Positions 27,794 through 44,485 of a stretch of 64,000 nt of DNA are shown here, piece after piece. The notes under the pieces were generated by a model. That model was given only the letters and a program-made list of their open reading frames with translations. It ran no database searches and was not told where the DNA came from. The translations under genes and the position numbers were made by a program. The DNA comes from the human T2T-CHM13v2.0 reference genome, Homo sapiens: assembly GCF_009914755.1 (NCBI RefSeq), contig NC_060929.1, one strand, 5' to 3'. Within the stretch, counting starts at the first letter, position 1, and every line of letters begins with the position of its first letter.

Positions 27794-28855
27794 CTTCCAA
27801 GATGGCAGAATAGGAACAGCTCTGGTCTATACCTCCCAGTGAGACTGACGCAGAAGACAAGTGATTTTTGCATTTCCAACTCATGTACCTGGTTCATCTC
27901 ATTGGGACTGGTGGGACAGTGGGTGGAGCCCACAGAAGGTGAGCTGAAGCAGGGCAGGGCATTGCCTCACCCAGGAAGTGCAAGGGATTGGGCCATTTTC
28001 CTTTCCTAGCCAAGGGAAGCCATGAGTGACTGTACCTGGAGAAGCGGTACACTGCTGCCCAAATACTACACTTTTCCCATGGTCTTCCCAACAAGCAGAC
28101 CAGGAGATCCCCTCCCGTGCCTGGCTCAGCATGTCCCATCCCTTGGAGCCTTGCTTGCTGCTAGCACAGCAGTCTGAGATTGACCTGGGATGCAGGAGCC
28201 TGGCGGGGGGAGGGGCGTCCACCGTTGCTGAAGCTTGAGTAGGTGGTTCTATGCTCACAGTGTAAACAAAGCAGCAGGGAAACTTGAACTCGGTGGAGCC
28301 CACTCCAGCTCAGCAAGGCCTACTGCCTTTATAGACTCCACCTCTGTGGGCAGGGCATATCTGAACAAAAGGCAGCAAACAGCTTCTCCAGACTTAAACG
28401 TCCCGCGTGACAGCTCTGAAGAGAGCAGTGGTTCTCCCAGCATGGTGTTCAAGCTCCAATAATGGACAGACTGCCTCCTCAAGTGGGTCCCTGAACCCCA
28501 TGTAGCCTGACTGGGAGACACCTCCCAGTAGAGGCTGACAGACACCTCATACAGGCAGGTGCCCTCCTGGGACGAAGCTTCCAGAGCAAGGATCAGGCAG
28601 CAATATTTGCTGTTCTGCAGCCTCCGCTGGTGATACCCAGGCAAGCAGGGTCTGGAGTGGACCTCCGGCAAACTCCAACAGACCCACAGCTGAGGGGCCT
28701 GTCTGTTAGAAGGAAAACTAACAGAAAGGAATAGCATCAACATCAACAAAAAGGACATCCACACCAAAACCCCATCCATAGGTCATCAACATCAAAGACC
28801 AAAGGTAGATAAAACCACAAAGATGGAGAGAAACCAGAGCAGAAAGACTGAAAAT
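27794..28855 (+). mobile_element. Inverted L1PA7-like complete 5'UTR plus ORF1 start
   Basis: caagatggc YY1 start, ggaacagctc, ORF1 ATG at 28823; 16-bp TSD tcatacttaaaatctt at 26701 and 28856. Confidence 0.93.
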
Positions 28856-29058
28856 TCATACTTAAAATCTTCAGTGGGGCTTTTGTCCCAATGAATCTTC
28901 TCCATGTACTCCCTGAATGATTTAAATAGTTGTTGAGGTTTGCTCTAAGAAACTCAGGTAAAATGTTTATATTTTACCTAAGTGAGTTAAAATCCCAGCT
29001 CCAATGCATAAATGATTTATAAACAAAGAAAAATTACCTAAGGAGGGTACTCAAAAGA

Positions 29059-29060
<2 letters not shown>

Positions 29061-29099
<39 letters not shown>
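29061..29099. repeat. (GT)n microsatellite
   Basis: About 19 pure units. Confidence 0.97.
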
Positions 29100-29100
<1 letters not shown>

Positions 29101-30141
29101 ATGTGCTGATGTGGAAGGATGGTGGTGGGAGTAAATGGTGAATTAACATTGGAACTCTCAGAAACATTACTTACCAAGAGTAAAAAATCATTTTTATTTT
29201 CTCTATAAAGAGTAGGGGAAATTTTAACTTGTTTAAGTATAGACTAATTATAATGTAGAGATCCAAGTGTTGTGATTTACAGCTATACTCATAAATGCCA
29301 TAAGTTTAACAAAATAAAGGACTAATTATTCTTTTAATATTTTGACCAAAAGCTCTTCAAATTAGGTGTTTTTCTGAGCCCCAAATGATACTGAATACAT
29401 TATCCATAGAGGTTTTATTAGCATGTCTGGTTTTGAGGCAAATATGGCCAGCAATAAGAAATTATTTTATTGAAGAGTATTTCAATATATTATAAACAAT
29501 TTTCTTCCCCTATAATTACTATGAAAACCTCAAAAATTGCAAATGAGTGCATAAACTAGCAAGATGAAATAAGCATGGAAACTGGTTTAATAACCTTAGC
29601 TATCAAACTAATTGTGAATAACTGGAAACACTTCATTCAGAACTGTTTTATAGAGTGATTAAGTATGATTTGCATAATTTTCTTTTAGAATAAAAATAGA
29701 TCTAAAATATTTTGAAAAATGAAAACAGCATAGCTGAACAAATATTTCAGAGATAAGTACGGGAGAATTAAATTTTTATTTTATCCAATTTTATAGGAAG
29801 TATATCTGAAATAATTTATTCTATGTATTTATTCATCTAGTCATTAAATCACCCATTCATTCAACAAATATTTTAGCCAGTTCTCTGCCAATTTTCAGCT
29901 TGCAAATTCTCACATAATTGCCAAAATTCAAATCCATCCTGTTGAAAGAAGTAATAAATAAATAAACATTATACGTGTAACTAATTCTGAAAGCCAACAA
30001 CTTATTAGGTGGTCCAATTATAGGAAATGATTGATATATTTTATAGTTGAAATTTTAAAGTTTTTGACACATTAATTGACTTCTATAAATTTTTTTAAAA
30101 ATTTTTTCTTTGTAAAATTGTGAACACTGAAGAGAATATAA

Positions 30142-30473
<332 letters not shown>

Positions 30474-31004
30474 TCCAATTTTTTTTTCTGATTTTTTAAC
30501 CTATCTCAGCCAGCGAAAATGAATTAGCAAATTTATTTCAATGTGCTTATTTTGTTAATATAAAGCACGTTTCTTCTACTCTTACTAGTTAAAGCAGAAC
30601 AAATATTCTGAGAATATTAATTGGAATAGATGAGGACTTTTATATATCCAGGGCAATAAAGTTTATTTCTGCTCTGTTAGGTAGGGCTCTATTTTCTTGA
30701 AAATATCACCCACTTTTCCTAGTCTAGCTTTTGGAAGAAATGATTGAGCTTTAGTGATGAGAAATGTGGATTTTTTTCATAGTTTTGGAGAAATTATAGC
30801 ATAACTGGAAAAACTAAAAAGCAGCAAGGAAGTTAATAAATAGTTGATGGAAATGACTGGTCTGTTAATATCCCTCTTTTGTTTGCACTCTTGATTTGGT
30901 TTGGCCTTTTCAACTATAAGCAGGATGTGCTAGTGAAAAGAAGACAAGTTTGTGGAGCAGTCATCATATGTACTCATGTTTTCTTTATTTGATTAGTAAT
31001 TGTT

Positions 31005-31260
31005 AAAATAGCTACAATTTTTAGGTTGATTGATATTGCTAGGCATTGATCTAAGCATTTTTAAAGAAATATTTAACTTATACAACCCCATGGGGGTAGG
31101 TATCTGGTTGAGAACAAAATTATCCATACACTTGTACACATATGATTATTTGAATCCCCGTTTTTGCAGAGGAAGGAATTGACTCTCAGATGAATTAAAC
31201 CTGGGCAAGACAAAACAGAGTTGGATTTGGAATTAAGACTGAACCCAAAGCAAGTAGGCT
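31005..31260 (-). mobile_element. MIR
   Basis: aatagctacaattt...acaaccccatgggggtagg...ccccgtttttgcagaggaaggaattgactctcaga. Confidence 0.65.
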
Positions 31261-31266
31261 ACACTT

Positions 31267-32330
31267 AAGGACAATTTCAGGTTTTGTGAAACCTGAAGCT
31301 TAGAGAATGTTGAGGGCCACCCGTTAACAAAAGAGAATGTGAAATTACAAACAATGAATTAGATACAAATATGAGTACCTACAAGAAAAGAAATCACAAT
31401 AAATTACAAATTTTTAAAAGACAACAAATGCTGCAAACATCACAACAGGAAAAATTATTTTTTATTAATGACCTAGCAAACATCTTTTAATGACTTGTCT
31501 TTTGACAAGTATTTCATACTTTTATTTCCTACAGATACAAAATAAAAATAATTGCATCCGTTATTTGACATAAAATTTATTATTTATAATTCAATATTTG
31601 GATGCATAAAATGTGCAACTTCATAATAAATGAACCCACTGTACTTTTGCTATAGATGTGTGCCCTACCAAGAAATTTCTGACAAATTTTATTTTAGATA
31701 GGTCCTACATGATTAATTTATAATTTTATGAACTTCGTGTATCTCAGATAGGAGAAAGCTTCTGTTTTTTTCTAAGCCTGGATAGGAACCAAAATCTCCA
31801 CATACAATTCTACAATATGATAACTGGAAACATTCCTAAAGAAGAGCTTTTCTTTACACGTATTTCATATCCTGTTTTTTGTTTTCTTTTGTTTTGTTTT
31901 TGCTGTTGTTGTTTTCTTCTTTTTCCCCAAGAGCCACCTGCTTCCCACATAGCCACACAGTCACTGGCTAAGTCACAATGCATTATGACCTCTGGCCCAG
32001 AACCTTCATGTCATGACGTTGGCTTTGTCAGCATAGTGGGCAGTAGGGGTATTGCTGAAAGCCATGCTTCCTGAGATGACAGCAATTGCTTAGGCATGCT
32101 TAGAAGTGACTGCAAATGACTTCTGTATATTCCACTAAACCTTGAATGATTATACATCCTGGTGTCTCTGGACAATCCTTGTTCACACTTATTGTCCAAG
32201 TGTATTTATTAATTCTGCCCACTTTAATTTTCAAATGTGTCTCAATTTGGACAACAATTGTCCAAACTGGACACAGAGTCACCTTAACTAAAACCAAACT
32301 GAACTGCCCCTAACTAAAACCTTAGCTGGG
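31267..32330. mobile_element. hAT-Tip100 DNA transposon (Zaphod/MER115-like)
   Basis: caggttttgtgaaacctgaagctta...gaaaagaaatcacaataaattacaaatttttaaaag resembles the recalled consensus; right boundary uncertain. Confidence 0.55.
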
Positions 32331-33319
32331 AAGAAAATTTCTTCCAACTGTAACAAATATATAAGAACTAACCATAATCTGTGCTGACTCCTATATGCTT
32401 TACTTTCTTAAAAAATATGTTAGATTTCTGAAGAAAATTTGAAAAGTAATGATGAATTACACAATTTTATTTACCTAAAATTTAATGGAAAAACAAGAAC
32501 AAATAGATAAATCCAGAAGTAAAAAGGAGAACAAAACCTCACAAGTAACTATAAAAATAAAGGAAATAAGAATATATCTCCATTTAACAGGCCATAAACT
32601 CTGAAAAGTAGCAGCCATGAAAAAAAAAAACCCGGTAATTCAATTATGCTATGATACACATCCTCATTCTGTCTTCATTTTCCAGAGGTGATAGCAGATA
32701 AAGTCAGTGAGTTAACAAATTCACACTGTTGCTTTTCAAACCTTCTAAATTGAATAGAGGCAAGCTGAAGAGTAAAAGAATCAGCCAGGGGAATAGTCGA
32801 GTATATATTCTGTAGTATAAACCAGTAACACAATCCTTCAACAAAAGAAGAAACTTTTAGGGGCTCACAATTGTTCAGAACTTGCCACTGATTTGTGGGA
32901 ACAATCTGTAGTCCAAATGCATCCCAACATGGTAGAAACATAAAGCCCTTACTAGGAAGAATGAGTACATTTCACAAAATTTCAGAAGTGAGTGTGGACT
33001 CAACACTCTATAAAGCCTGCCAGCTATACAACTCAGCCATCCACCCTTCTTCTCTTCACTATATGCACCTTGGGCTCAAAATGAGAAGAAAATCTCTTGA
33101 AAACAACCACAGCCTTTAACTCAAAGAGTGACACAAGAAGATTTCATTTCATTTTAGGGGTGAAATATGTCAAAGCTATTTTTTGTATGGCATCTGAGAG
33201 CAATGTTCATGTGAATGATGTTTTAAATAAAAATCAATAGCATGGTGGCTGCCATTGTACCGCAACTATAGAAAAGCTAAAAATAAGGAAAGAAGCAGCA
33301 TGAAGAAGGGAAGTGAAAG

Positions 33320-34030
33320 ATTTTATTTTTTTAAATTAGTTTAAATTTTATTAAAATGGAGGCATGGTTTAAAAAGTATTCATATGGTAACCAGTAGTCC
33401 CATTACTGAGTCTCAATAGATAGAACTTGAGACATTTTTAGGTGTTAGTTGTATTTTTCCCCTGACATTTAACTTCATCTTTCGAAATATTATGCACACA
33501 GTACAATCTATAGATCTACAAATTGTGAACGTTATTGACTTCCTCTTAGGGTAGATAAGGATTTTAATATAATTAAACTACTTTATTTCCTTCTTTCTCC
33601 CGTTAAATTTATATATTGGTTTAACGTTAAAATGTTTCTCAATATTTTCATTATTATAACTAGATAAAAGTAGTATGATTATATATTTTTTTCTTTAGAA
33701 CATTTGTAATGTAACTTTGCAGTTTCCGTGAGCCTTTAGATAAGTCTTTCTAACTCTTCTACCACCTTTTAAAGTTCTTCTCAATAAAATATTTCTAATA
33801 ACTTGCCTGACAATGTATCTGATCCTTTTTATTGCTAGCAATATTTTCCTACCTGTCTTTCATCTTCCTGCTTTGAGTCTACACTAGCACTGACTGCTTT
33901 CAAGGCCTTTTCAAGGTTGTCATACTGGAGACTCCATTCAGCGCTCTCTGATGTTAAATCTCCAATTTTTCAGATTGTACTTATTACTTATTTCTTCATT
34001 TTAAGGAAGCTACTTTTATAGGTTTCTTTA
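33320..34030 (-). mobile_element. Ancient LINE fragment (HAL1/L1ME-like)
   Basis: ttattgacttcctcttagggtagataaggattt and ttgtcatactggagactcc motifs. Confidence 0.45.
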
Positions 34031-34270
34031 AAAATGGTATTTGACTTTAATACTCTTATGGGTGGTTCAAAATAACTGAGACACAGATGTTAAAATCACA
34101 CATATTTTCTCACAGCACTTTATGAAATAAGGAGATATTAAAATAAAGAATTTGTTTAGCTAACTCTCAGAAAAGCAGAAGTCAAAATGTCACTTAACCT
34201 TTTATTGTTTTTAAGAATTAGTTAAATCAAAGATTTATAACAATATAATTATATTATCCTAAAAAGTATA

Positions 34271-34336
34271 TAGATAAATAGACAGATAGATGATAGATAG
34301 ATAGATAGATAGATAGATGATAGATAGATAGATAGA
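34271..34336. repeat. Compound (GATA)n STR
   Basis: GATA runs with GAT and GACA interruptions. Confidence 0.95.
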
Positions 34337-34559
34337 GCAATTATTTTGGTGCAGCATGCCTAGTGTAAACTGTAAGATTAACTTTAAGAGAAAACTTTGA
34401 AACAATAGTGACCTAAAAAACACAAGATTATTTCTCTCCCATTCAAGAAATCCATCTTAGCACTATATCAAATAGATAACATAAGCAAACAAAATTAAAC
34501 TAATTAAGGTAACATTTGATCACATTACTCTAATTTTACAGGTTTGTTAGAATATAAAC

Positions 34560-35970
34560 TGGTGACAAAAATAACTGCAAAGAACTCAAAATATTCTTAG
34601 TGGGTTTGAGGATGGTGGTATTTATGTAGAAATTATCAGTTTATGTATGATATGGATATATTTAGGTTGGTAATTACAGTTTTTGCCATTGAATGTAATG
34701 GCAAAAATTGCAATTACATTTGCACCAACCTAATAGAAAATCAATGGGTTCTGATGCTTGAAATCAGGATTCGTACTGTGGGAGAAGGTTATGCAAATCA
34801 GGAGTGGGTGAAATTGAAGAACCCTGTGGTGTTGGGTTTCAACTAGAGATAACAACGTGAATGAATGCATGACTTTTAGAACAATATATTTATCATATAT
34901 GTTCATTGGAAGTGCCTACAAGCGATAACCACAGTAGCAACCACATAAACACAGCTAGTGCAGATGGTGTTTTCTAAAAAATCTGCTTCCACTAATAGAA
35001 ACCACTCACCTTGGAGAAATATCTAATTCCAAATACATTACATATAAATGATGAGGTGAGCCTAGGATATCTTATTATGCTTGAAAACAAGAGATGTTCA
35101 AATAATAATGAATTCTTGTCGAAACAACATGGATTTGATTTGAATGGGCTCCCACACTCAGCATCTAATTTGAGCATCGGAAAAAAAATAATGATGGTAA
35201 TGACTTATACCACATCAAATAACAAGGAATTGATAAGTTTTACTGGCTATTCAAAAGGAAAGGGGTAGTAGGATTAGAAAGATTGCCATGTTGAAAACAC
35301 CATGGTATTAATTGATTCCTGCAAGGCCCATCGGTGGTTAAATGGAAAGTTGATGGAGAAAAAAAAATTCAGAAAGCCTGAAAATATTACCACACAGATT
35401 ATTTAATAATTACAGAGAGAACGGAAACTTTACAAAACACATTTGGCAGGCCTATGTTAAACAAGTCATCAAGCTCAGCATCACAAAATGTGATTTGCTG
35501 ATATTGTATGGCTCATAGTTTAAGGCAATGTGAAGTATCATTCCTAGTATTGTCATCTGTGTTGTAGCATGACAAAAATGTTTAACCTGATTCAATTTAT
35601 GTGAAAATATTCCAGATTGTAGAATATTCTACAAGAACAATTGCCATGACAGTTCAAAATATCAAAATTGTATAAAATGAAAAGAAAGTGGGGCTGTTTA
35701 TTCTAGATCAAAGAAGATTAAACATGAAAACTAAATGTGATGTGTGATCTTTGGATGTTGGATAGTGAAAAAGTTAAGAAAAATTTTGAGATGAATAAAT
35801 GAATTTGTGAGCTGTTTTAAAAATAATATTATCTAAATATTTATTGAGTGTGAGGATGTTACTGTCATTATACAGATGAATGTCCCAGTTTAGGAAGTGC
35901 ATGATGAAATATTGAGAGATGAAGTGTCATGGTGCCTACTTCTTACTTTCAAATGTTTGAGCAGAAAAAA
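34560..35970 (+). mobile_element. L1MC-type (L1MC4-like) 3' region
   Basis: gaaccctgtggtgttgg; ccttggagaaat; gatgaagtgtcatggtgcctacttcttactttcaaatg. Confidence 0.75.
34662..34733. mobile_element. MADE1 (Hsmar1-derived MITE)
   Basis: ttaggttgg...tttttgccatt gaatgt aatggcaaaaa...tgcaccaacctaa palindrome, with a small deletion in the left arm. Confidence 0.92.
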
Positions 35971-35974
35971 ATTC

Positions 35975-36022
35975 TGTGTGTGTGTCTGTGTCTGTATGTG
36001 TGTATGTGTGTGTGTGTGTGTG
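35975..36022. repeat. Imperfect (TG)n
   Basis: TG tract with TC/TA interruptions. Confidence 0.9.
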
Positions 36023-36024
36023 TA

Positions 36025-38740
<2,716 letters not shown>

Positions 38741-38754
38741 TGTGGAATTTTAAG

Positions 38755-39113
38755 TCAGCCAGGCTGGCTTCTTTCTTGTTGTTTTGCTATGTATCATTTT
38801 TATTATCAAAAATATCTCGAGGCTTCAGATGATTTCTCAGGATCCAGCCATTATATCCACATTCTGGGCAGCACAAAAGTTAGAAAGAAGGAGGCAGGCA
38901 CACTCTTTTAAAGACATTTTCTAGAAGCTGTTCATGTTGTTTTCACTTGTTCCCAATGGTCAAAATTGAATCATTTGGTCACATCCAGGTACATGGGAGC
39001 TGGGATATGCAATTTTCATTTTAGGGAGTCATATGTTTAGGTAAAAACTTGAGCCTATTTTTATAGAAAATGTGGGGAGTGGCCATAAGGAGACAACTAT
39101 CAGTTTCTACCAC
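38755..39113 (-). mobile_element. MLT1J-like LTR
   Basis: ccaatggtcaaaattgaatcatttggtcacatcc...gggagctgggatatgc...caactatcagtttctaccaca. Confidence 0.7.
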
Positions 39114-40519
39114 ATTAGTAACAAACAATCTATAACAATGTTTCTATATATTATTTATGGTTAGTTTGTGTTTTCTAAGACCGGTTTTCAATTTACAAAG
39201 AAAAATCTGACATTTGCCATTGAGAAACTATTATGTTCATATTGATTAATGTATAATATATAGAGCTGCTAAAATATCAGCAATGTATGTGTTTTAGGCA
39301 TTTTTGTTGTTGTCATAGTATATTATTTTTGGTGGCTGCCTTTATGATGATTATAGTGTATAAATGTGCTACTAAAAACAAAGCATTTTTTGACAAGGCT
39401 AAAGTAAATTCTGAAGAAAATAAATGATAGGAAATTCCAAAATTTATTTTCCACCAATAGTATCTGACATTTAAGAAACTGTATACTGTGAAGAAAAAAA
39501 TGTAATCACATACATGATTTATAGTATTTTAAAACTAGCATTTTGTTGGGATTCTGAGCTGTAAGACTATCTCCATTTTTTGAAAAAAGTCATACTAATT
39601 ATATATTGCATTTTAAATCATAATTTCAGTTACTTGACAGTTTGGATTTCACTAAGATGTCAATTACTCTAAATCGTAGTGTTTACACTCTACTTTTAGT
39701 GTAGAATAAATGTGTTTAGTATTACTGTGTTTTTGATAATTATGGGTCATAAAAGATTAAATTAACTTCTGGGTATTTATAATTCTGTGGAAACATAAGA
39801 ATTTTAAAAGTTGCCTTTCAGTTACTCAGAATGTATCAGCATTAATATACTATATACATGTCCAAGGAAATCAGGAGGCTAACAGTAAAATAAATAATTG
39901 AAAGCAAACTACATTTGAGATTGATTTGAAGCACACGTTCAGTTCCTATTGCAGACCAGGTGTAACCTGTTACCATTAAGTCACAAAGACAGCTGGGTCT
40001 AGGTTGCAATGTGAACCTCTTGGGAATCAGAAGGAGGAGACAGGTGAGATAAATGCTTATCTATGACTTGTCTGCCTTCTTTCTCTAGCACTATTGGTTT
40101 GGATAGAAAGTAAGAACCTAGGCAAGGAAAGCAAGTTTAACTCTATGCAATCTGCTATATGGCAGGTATTGGAGGATGACTCTGCTCTTGCTGAAGTGGA
40201 AATTATAATTCTCATTTTTTCTGTGTATTCTCAGTCAATTGAAATTGGAAGTGATTATTAGTTCTGGAAGAATATAAAAATTAAAGATGAATCACAGAAT
40301 AATGAGAGAATGAGAAACATCTGCCAGCAATAAAAATGAAAAGAATTGATTAAAACATAAAAAAAGGAGCTGAGGATGTGAGGTTCAGCACGAGTGTTTC
40401 TGGAATTAGAGCCTGAAGTCTGATGCAAGTTGTTAAACAAGGTTAATGCAATAGAAAGGAGCAGGGCTGAGTGTGTGCAGACACTCTTGTAAAGTAGCGC
40501 ACATGAATTAAACAATTTA

Positions 40520-40690
40520 ATTCTTGTCAAATACTATGAGCTAGGCATGATTACATTGCCACATTTTACAGATAAGAAAGCCAAATCACAGTGAAATTAA
40601 GTAATTTGTTCAAGGTCAAACAGGTAGTAATTGGTAGATCCAGTTGAACATAGATATTCTGGTTACAGAATCTGCAATCTCTACTGCCTC
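40520..40690 (-). mobile_element. MIR
   Basis: cattttacagataagaaagcc...aagtaatttgttcaaggtcaaacaggtagtaa. Confidence 0.8.
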
Positions 40691-41414
40691 TTTAATGAAA
40701 GAATTAAAGGCAGATATCAGAGAAGCTGGGGTTATATTTTAATGTAAAAGAACATGGTATGCTTTGTTTCCTATGAGAACCAGCCACAGAACTAGCTGAG
40801 GCATCTACTAGGGTGATGATTTAACTGTCAGTAGTTGGAGAGTTGGAACACTGCAGACAGATTGTGGAAGGGAAGAAGAAGTGACATCAAGATTAGGGCA
40901 GGAAAATCTGAAGTCCAGGGACAATTTGGATGAGGGCATGGAGGAGAGCAAAGAAGAAAGTACCTTCCTCATGCAGTGGATCAAAAATACGTATGGGCTT
41001 CTCATTTGTCAGAATTTTCATACCTTCAGAAGGTATGAAGGAACCAGTAAAGGATTGTTAGAGGGATCCCAAATAACAAAGAAGGAATGTTATTGGATAG
41101 ACAATGTAAATTCTTTTTTCTCCTAAAGGATCAAAATATTACTTGGGCACTCATCTAAGGAACAGATTGATAACCAGGTTCAGAAAAAGACCACAGACCT
41201 CCTTACATCTTTCTGCACTACTAAAGCAAATGTAACTTGGAGTAATTTGTCAATATCATGAGTGAATTTTTCCCGCAGAGGATACGATGTGGCTGATTCC
41301 AATTTTGAAATGCAAGGGATCTCCCATGAAGCCACCTAATAACTGCAACTAGGAAAAAGGTAGCAGTATACCAGTATAATTCTCTGTAGACATCTAATGT
41401 TTGGAGAAGGTGAC

Positions 41415-41630
41415 AGCGTAGTAGAGTGGAAAAGTACAGCCTTTTTGGAATCTTAAAGTTATAGTTTCTTTATCTGGTTAGTGCCTTCACTACTTTTTAT
41501 TTTCTTTGATATTAAGGACACTTAAATTCTCAGAATCTGTTTTTATTTCCCATAAAATCTAGAGAAAAGTGTCAACTTGATAGTGTGTTTTGAGTGGTAC
41601 ATAACATGCTGTGTGTAAAATTTCTGTGCA
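41415..41630 (+). mobile_element. MIR
   Basis: gcgtagtagagtggaaaagtacag...cacttaaattctcagaatctg. Confidence 0.6.
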
Positions 41631-42356
41631 GAGATTGACTCCATAATTACGAATCTTTTCTGATAGGCTTTGAAATTGTTTCAACAATTTCAGATTTCAA
41701 ACATTTCTGATACATGTTATGTTCTGACTTATAGTAACGATTAGCGAAGCTCATGAAGAAAAGTGAAGTAGTCTATAATTTATGTTGCTTGTGGCACAAA
41801 CCCAGCTGTTCTAACTCAAGGGGTTCTATGCACTGCCCAGGGCAGATGGGTGATTAAATCAGGGACTGAGCATCCTCTAGGATATGCCCTTGGCTTTGGC
41901 CACACCAGTGGATGAAGATAGCATTTCACCATCATGCCATGACCCAGCCTGTGGACAAGAAGAAAGCGATCTGGAAGATGGAGACCTCTCTTCTGCTCTC
42001 ATTCCATGATCCGGGACTGAGTCACAAGACTGAAACAATAACAGTAATGTGGACCAGCTGGGGAGACAGGCACTCAGGAGAAAACCTGACCTATGAAAAA
42101 ATGACATTGTACAAGCTATGATGAAGGGATGAACAAGCTGCAGTAGGAACATGGATGAAGGAGCAACTAAGTCCGCATTTTGAAGTAAGGAATATCTTTT
42201 CTCAGCCCTCATCTTTACTGATTTCTATTAGAATTTCACAATGACAAGTTAAAATATACTTTCCTTTTATTGATTCATATGACAATGTGCTTTTCTCTGT
42301 GAAATTTAAAATATCTGTGGTATTCTTGATAGTTCAAAAAAATCTCACTCCCTGTA

Positions 42357-42722
42357 TGATATGATTTGGCTGTGTCTCCACCCAAATCTCACCTTGAATT
42401 GTAACAATCCCCACCTGTTGAAGGTAGGGCCAGGTGGAAGTTATTGAATCATGGGAGGGGGTGGGGGGCAGGCGGTTCCTCCATACTGTTCTGGTAGTGA
42501 ATAAGTCTCACGAGATCTGATGGTTCTATAAACGGGAGTTCGCCTGCAAACGCTCTCTTGCCTGCTGCCGTGTAAGATGGGTATTGCTTCTCCTTCATCT
42601 TCCACCATGAGTGTGAGGCCTTCCAAGCCATCTGGAACTGTGAGTCAATTAAACCTCTTTCCTCTTTAAATAACCCAGTCTTGGGTATGTCGTTATTGGC
42701 ACCGTGAAAACAGATGAATACG
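42357..42722 (+). mobile_element. THE1 (THE1B/C-like) solo LTR
   Basis: tgatatgatttggctgtgtc...gtgaataagtctcacgagatctgatgg...aattaaacctctttc...aatac. Confidence 0.92.
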
Positions 42723-42879
42723 CTACATTTTGATGTTTCCTCAGGGTATGGTCTTGGGTCTAGGATGTTGAAATAATTATAATGGTAGAAGTGTGTTCTT
42801 CAAGTCATTTAATTGAATTGAGACTTACTTGAATATACCACCTCCCTCATTTCTTCATTTAAAAAATGGTAATTAATTA

Positions 42880-43359
<480 letters not shown>

Positions 43360-43589
43360 AAATAAGAGTTTTCCTGGACATATGTCCGGTGGAATAACCT
43401 CTCTAAAGGGCAACACTTACTAGAAGTCCTCTTTTAGAACCTTTGGAGTTCCTGCCTTCCCTCCTCCCCACTCTGACTAACCATGGCTAACAGGAGCTAA
43501 GACTGTTAAATTAATAGAAGTTATTCTTTCTTTCCCAGTTGAACTGTCAAGGTGTTTTGTGTGTCTTGGTTCCTAATTCCACCAAGAAG

Positions 43590-43760
43590 CTATCAGTACT
43601 ACATTTAACAAATGTTAAAGGACACCAGGTATCAGCCCCAAGAATGTGTTAGTGCTGGAGGTGGAAAGATGAATAGAAGAGTGTTCATAGTCTAGCGGCG
43701 TGGACAAACAGTGAAAACAAATTCTCATGAGAGATGTTCATTTAAGCCACTTTAAGTCAC
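43590..43760 (-). mobile_element. L2 3' fragment
   Basis: catttaacaaatgttaaaggacacc...gttcatagtctagcgg. Confidence 0.5.
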
Positions 43761-44485
43761 GTATCAAGCGGTGGAGCAATGGTTTGTATGGGGGCGGGGA
43801 GGAAGAGCACACTCAGATGCTGTTGGTGGAAGTGGTGAAGGGATGGAATTCTGGGCCCTTACCCACTCCGGCCCCCCTCCCACATCTTCTTTCCACGAGT
43901 TTTAATCACAGCATACCTTTGACCAGTTTGCATAGTCAAATTTTCTATCGATTTTGTTTGAATTCTTCGGCCAGAATTCAATAGGTAATAAAAAAGGGAG
44001 ATCCCATTGTTCAAGAATATTTACTATATATACAGTTTGAGTGCTTCAGGAGAATTCAATAGGCAATAAAAATGAAAAATCTCATTGTTCCAAGATAACA
44101 CAACTATAAGAAGCTATTGATCCTACCTAGGTGTTATGAATGTAAATCATGAAATTTTTTTTTGGCTAATTCTATATTTTCACAAAAATATTCATGATTA
44201 TGAAAAACAATATATTTTCATCATTATAAAATATATCTAATGACTAAATATGAATGCAAAATACCAGCCAACATTCCCAGAAAAAGAACTAAATACTGAA
44301 TCATTAATCTTGTACTAAGACTTCTCTGTGATATTTCAGTTTTCTGGGAAAGACTTTTACTAATATACTCTCACAGTAAAATAGAGTATTAACACATTGT
44401 CCTAAAAATCCATATTGTAGATTTACCTCTCATATTGCATGGTATAATAACCACATTTTAAAAGTCAGAAATATTACTGCAATAG

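Noticed and set aside
27894-28303. Antisense ORFs resembling L1 ORF0 (APPPARL..ISDCCAS)
   Set aside because: The ORF0-equivalent start reads ACG and the homology is split across two frames, so it is degenerate.
28255-28779. 174-aa minus-strand ORF
   Set aside because: Antisense to the GC-rich L1 5'UTR; open by composition.
32675-33119. Two overlapping ORFs and a ttttccAG site
   Set aside because: Stops follow the acceptor quickly and there is no homology or donor support.
41050-41330. Possible CR1/L3-type ancient LINE remnant
   Set aside because: Similarity to the recalled consensus is too weak to call without an HMM search.
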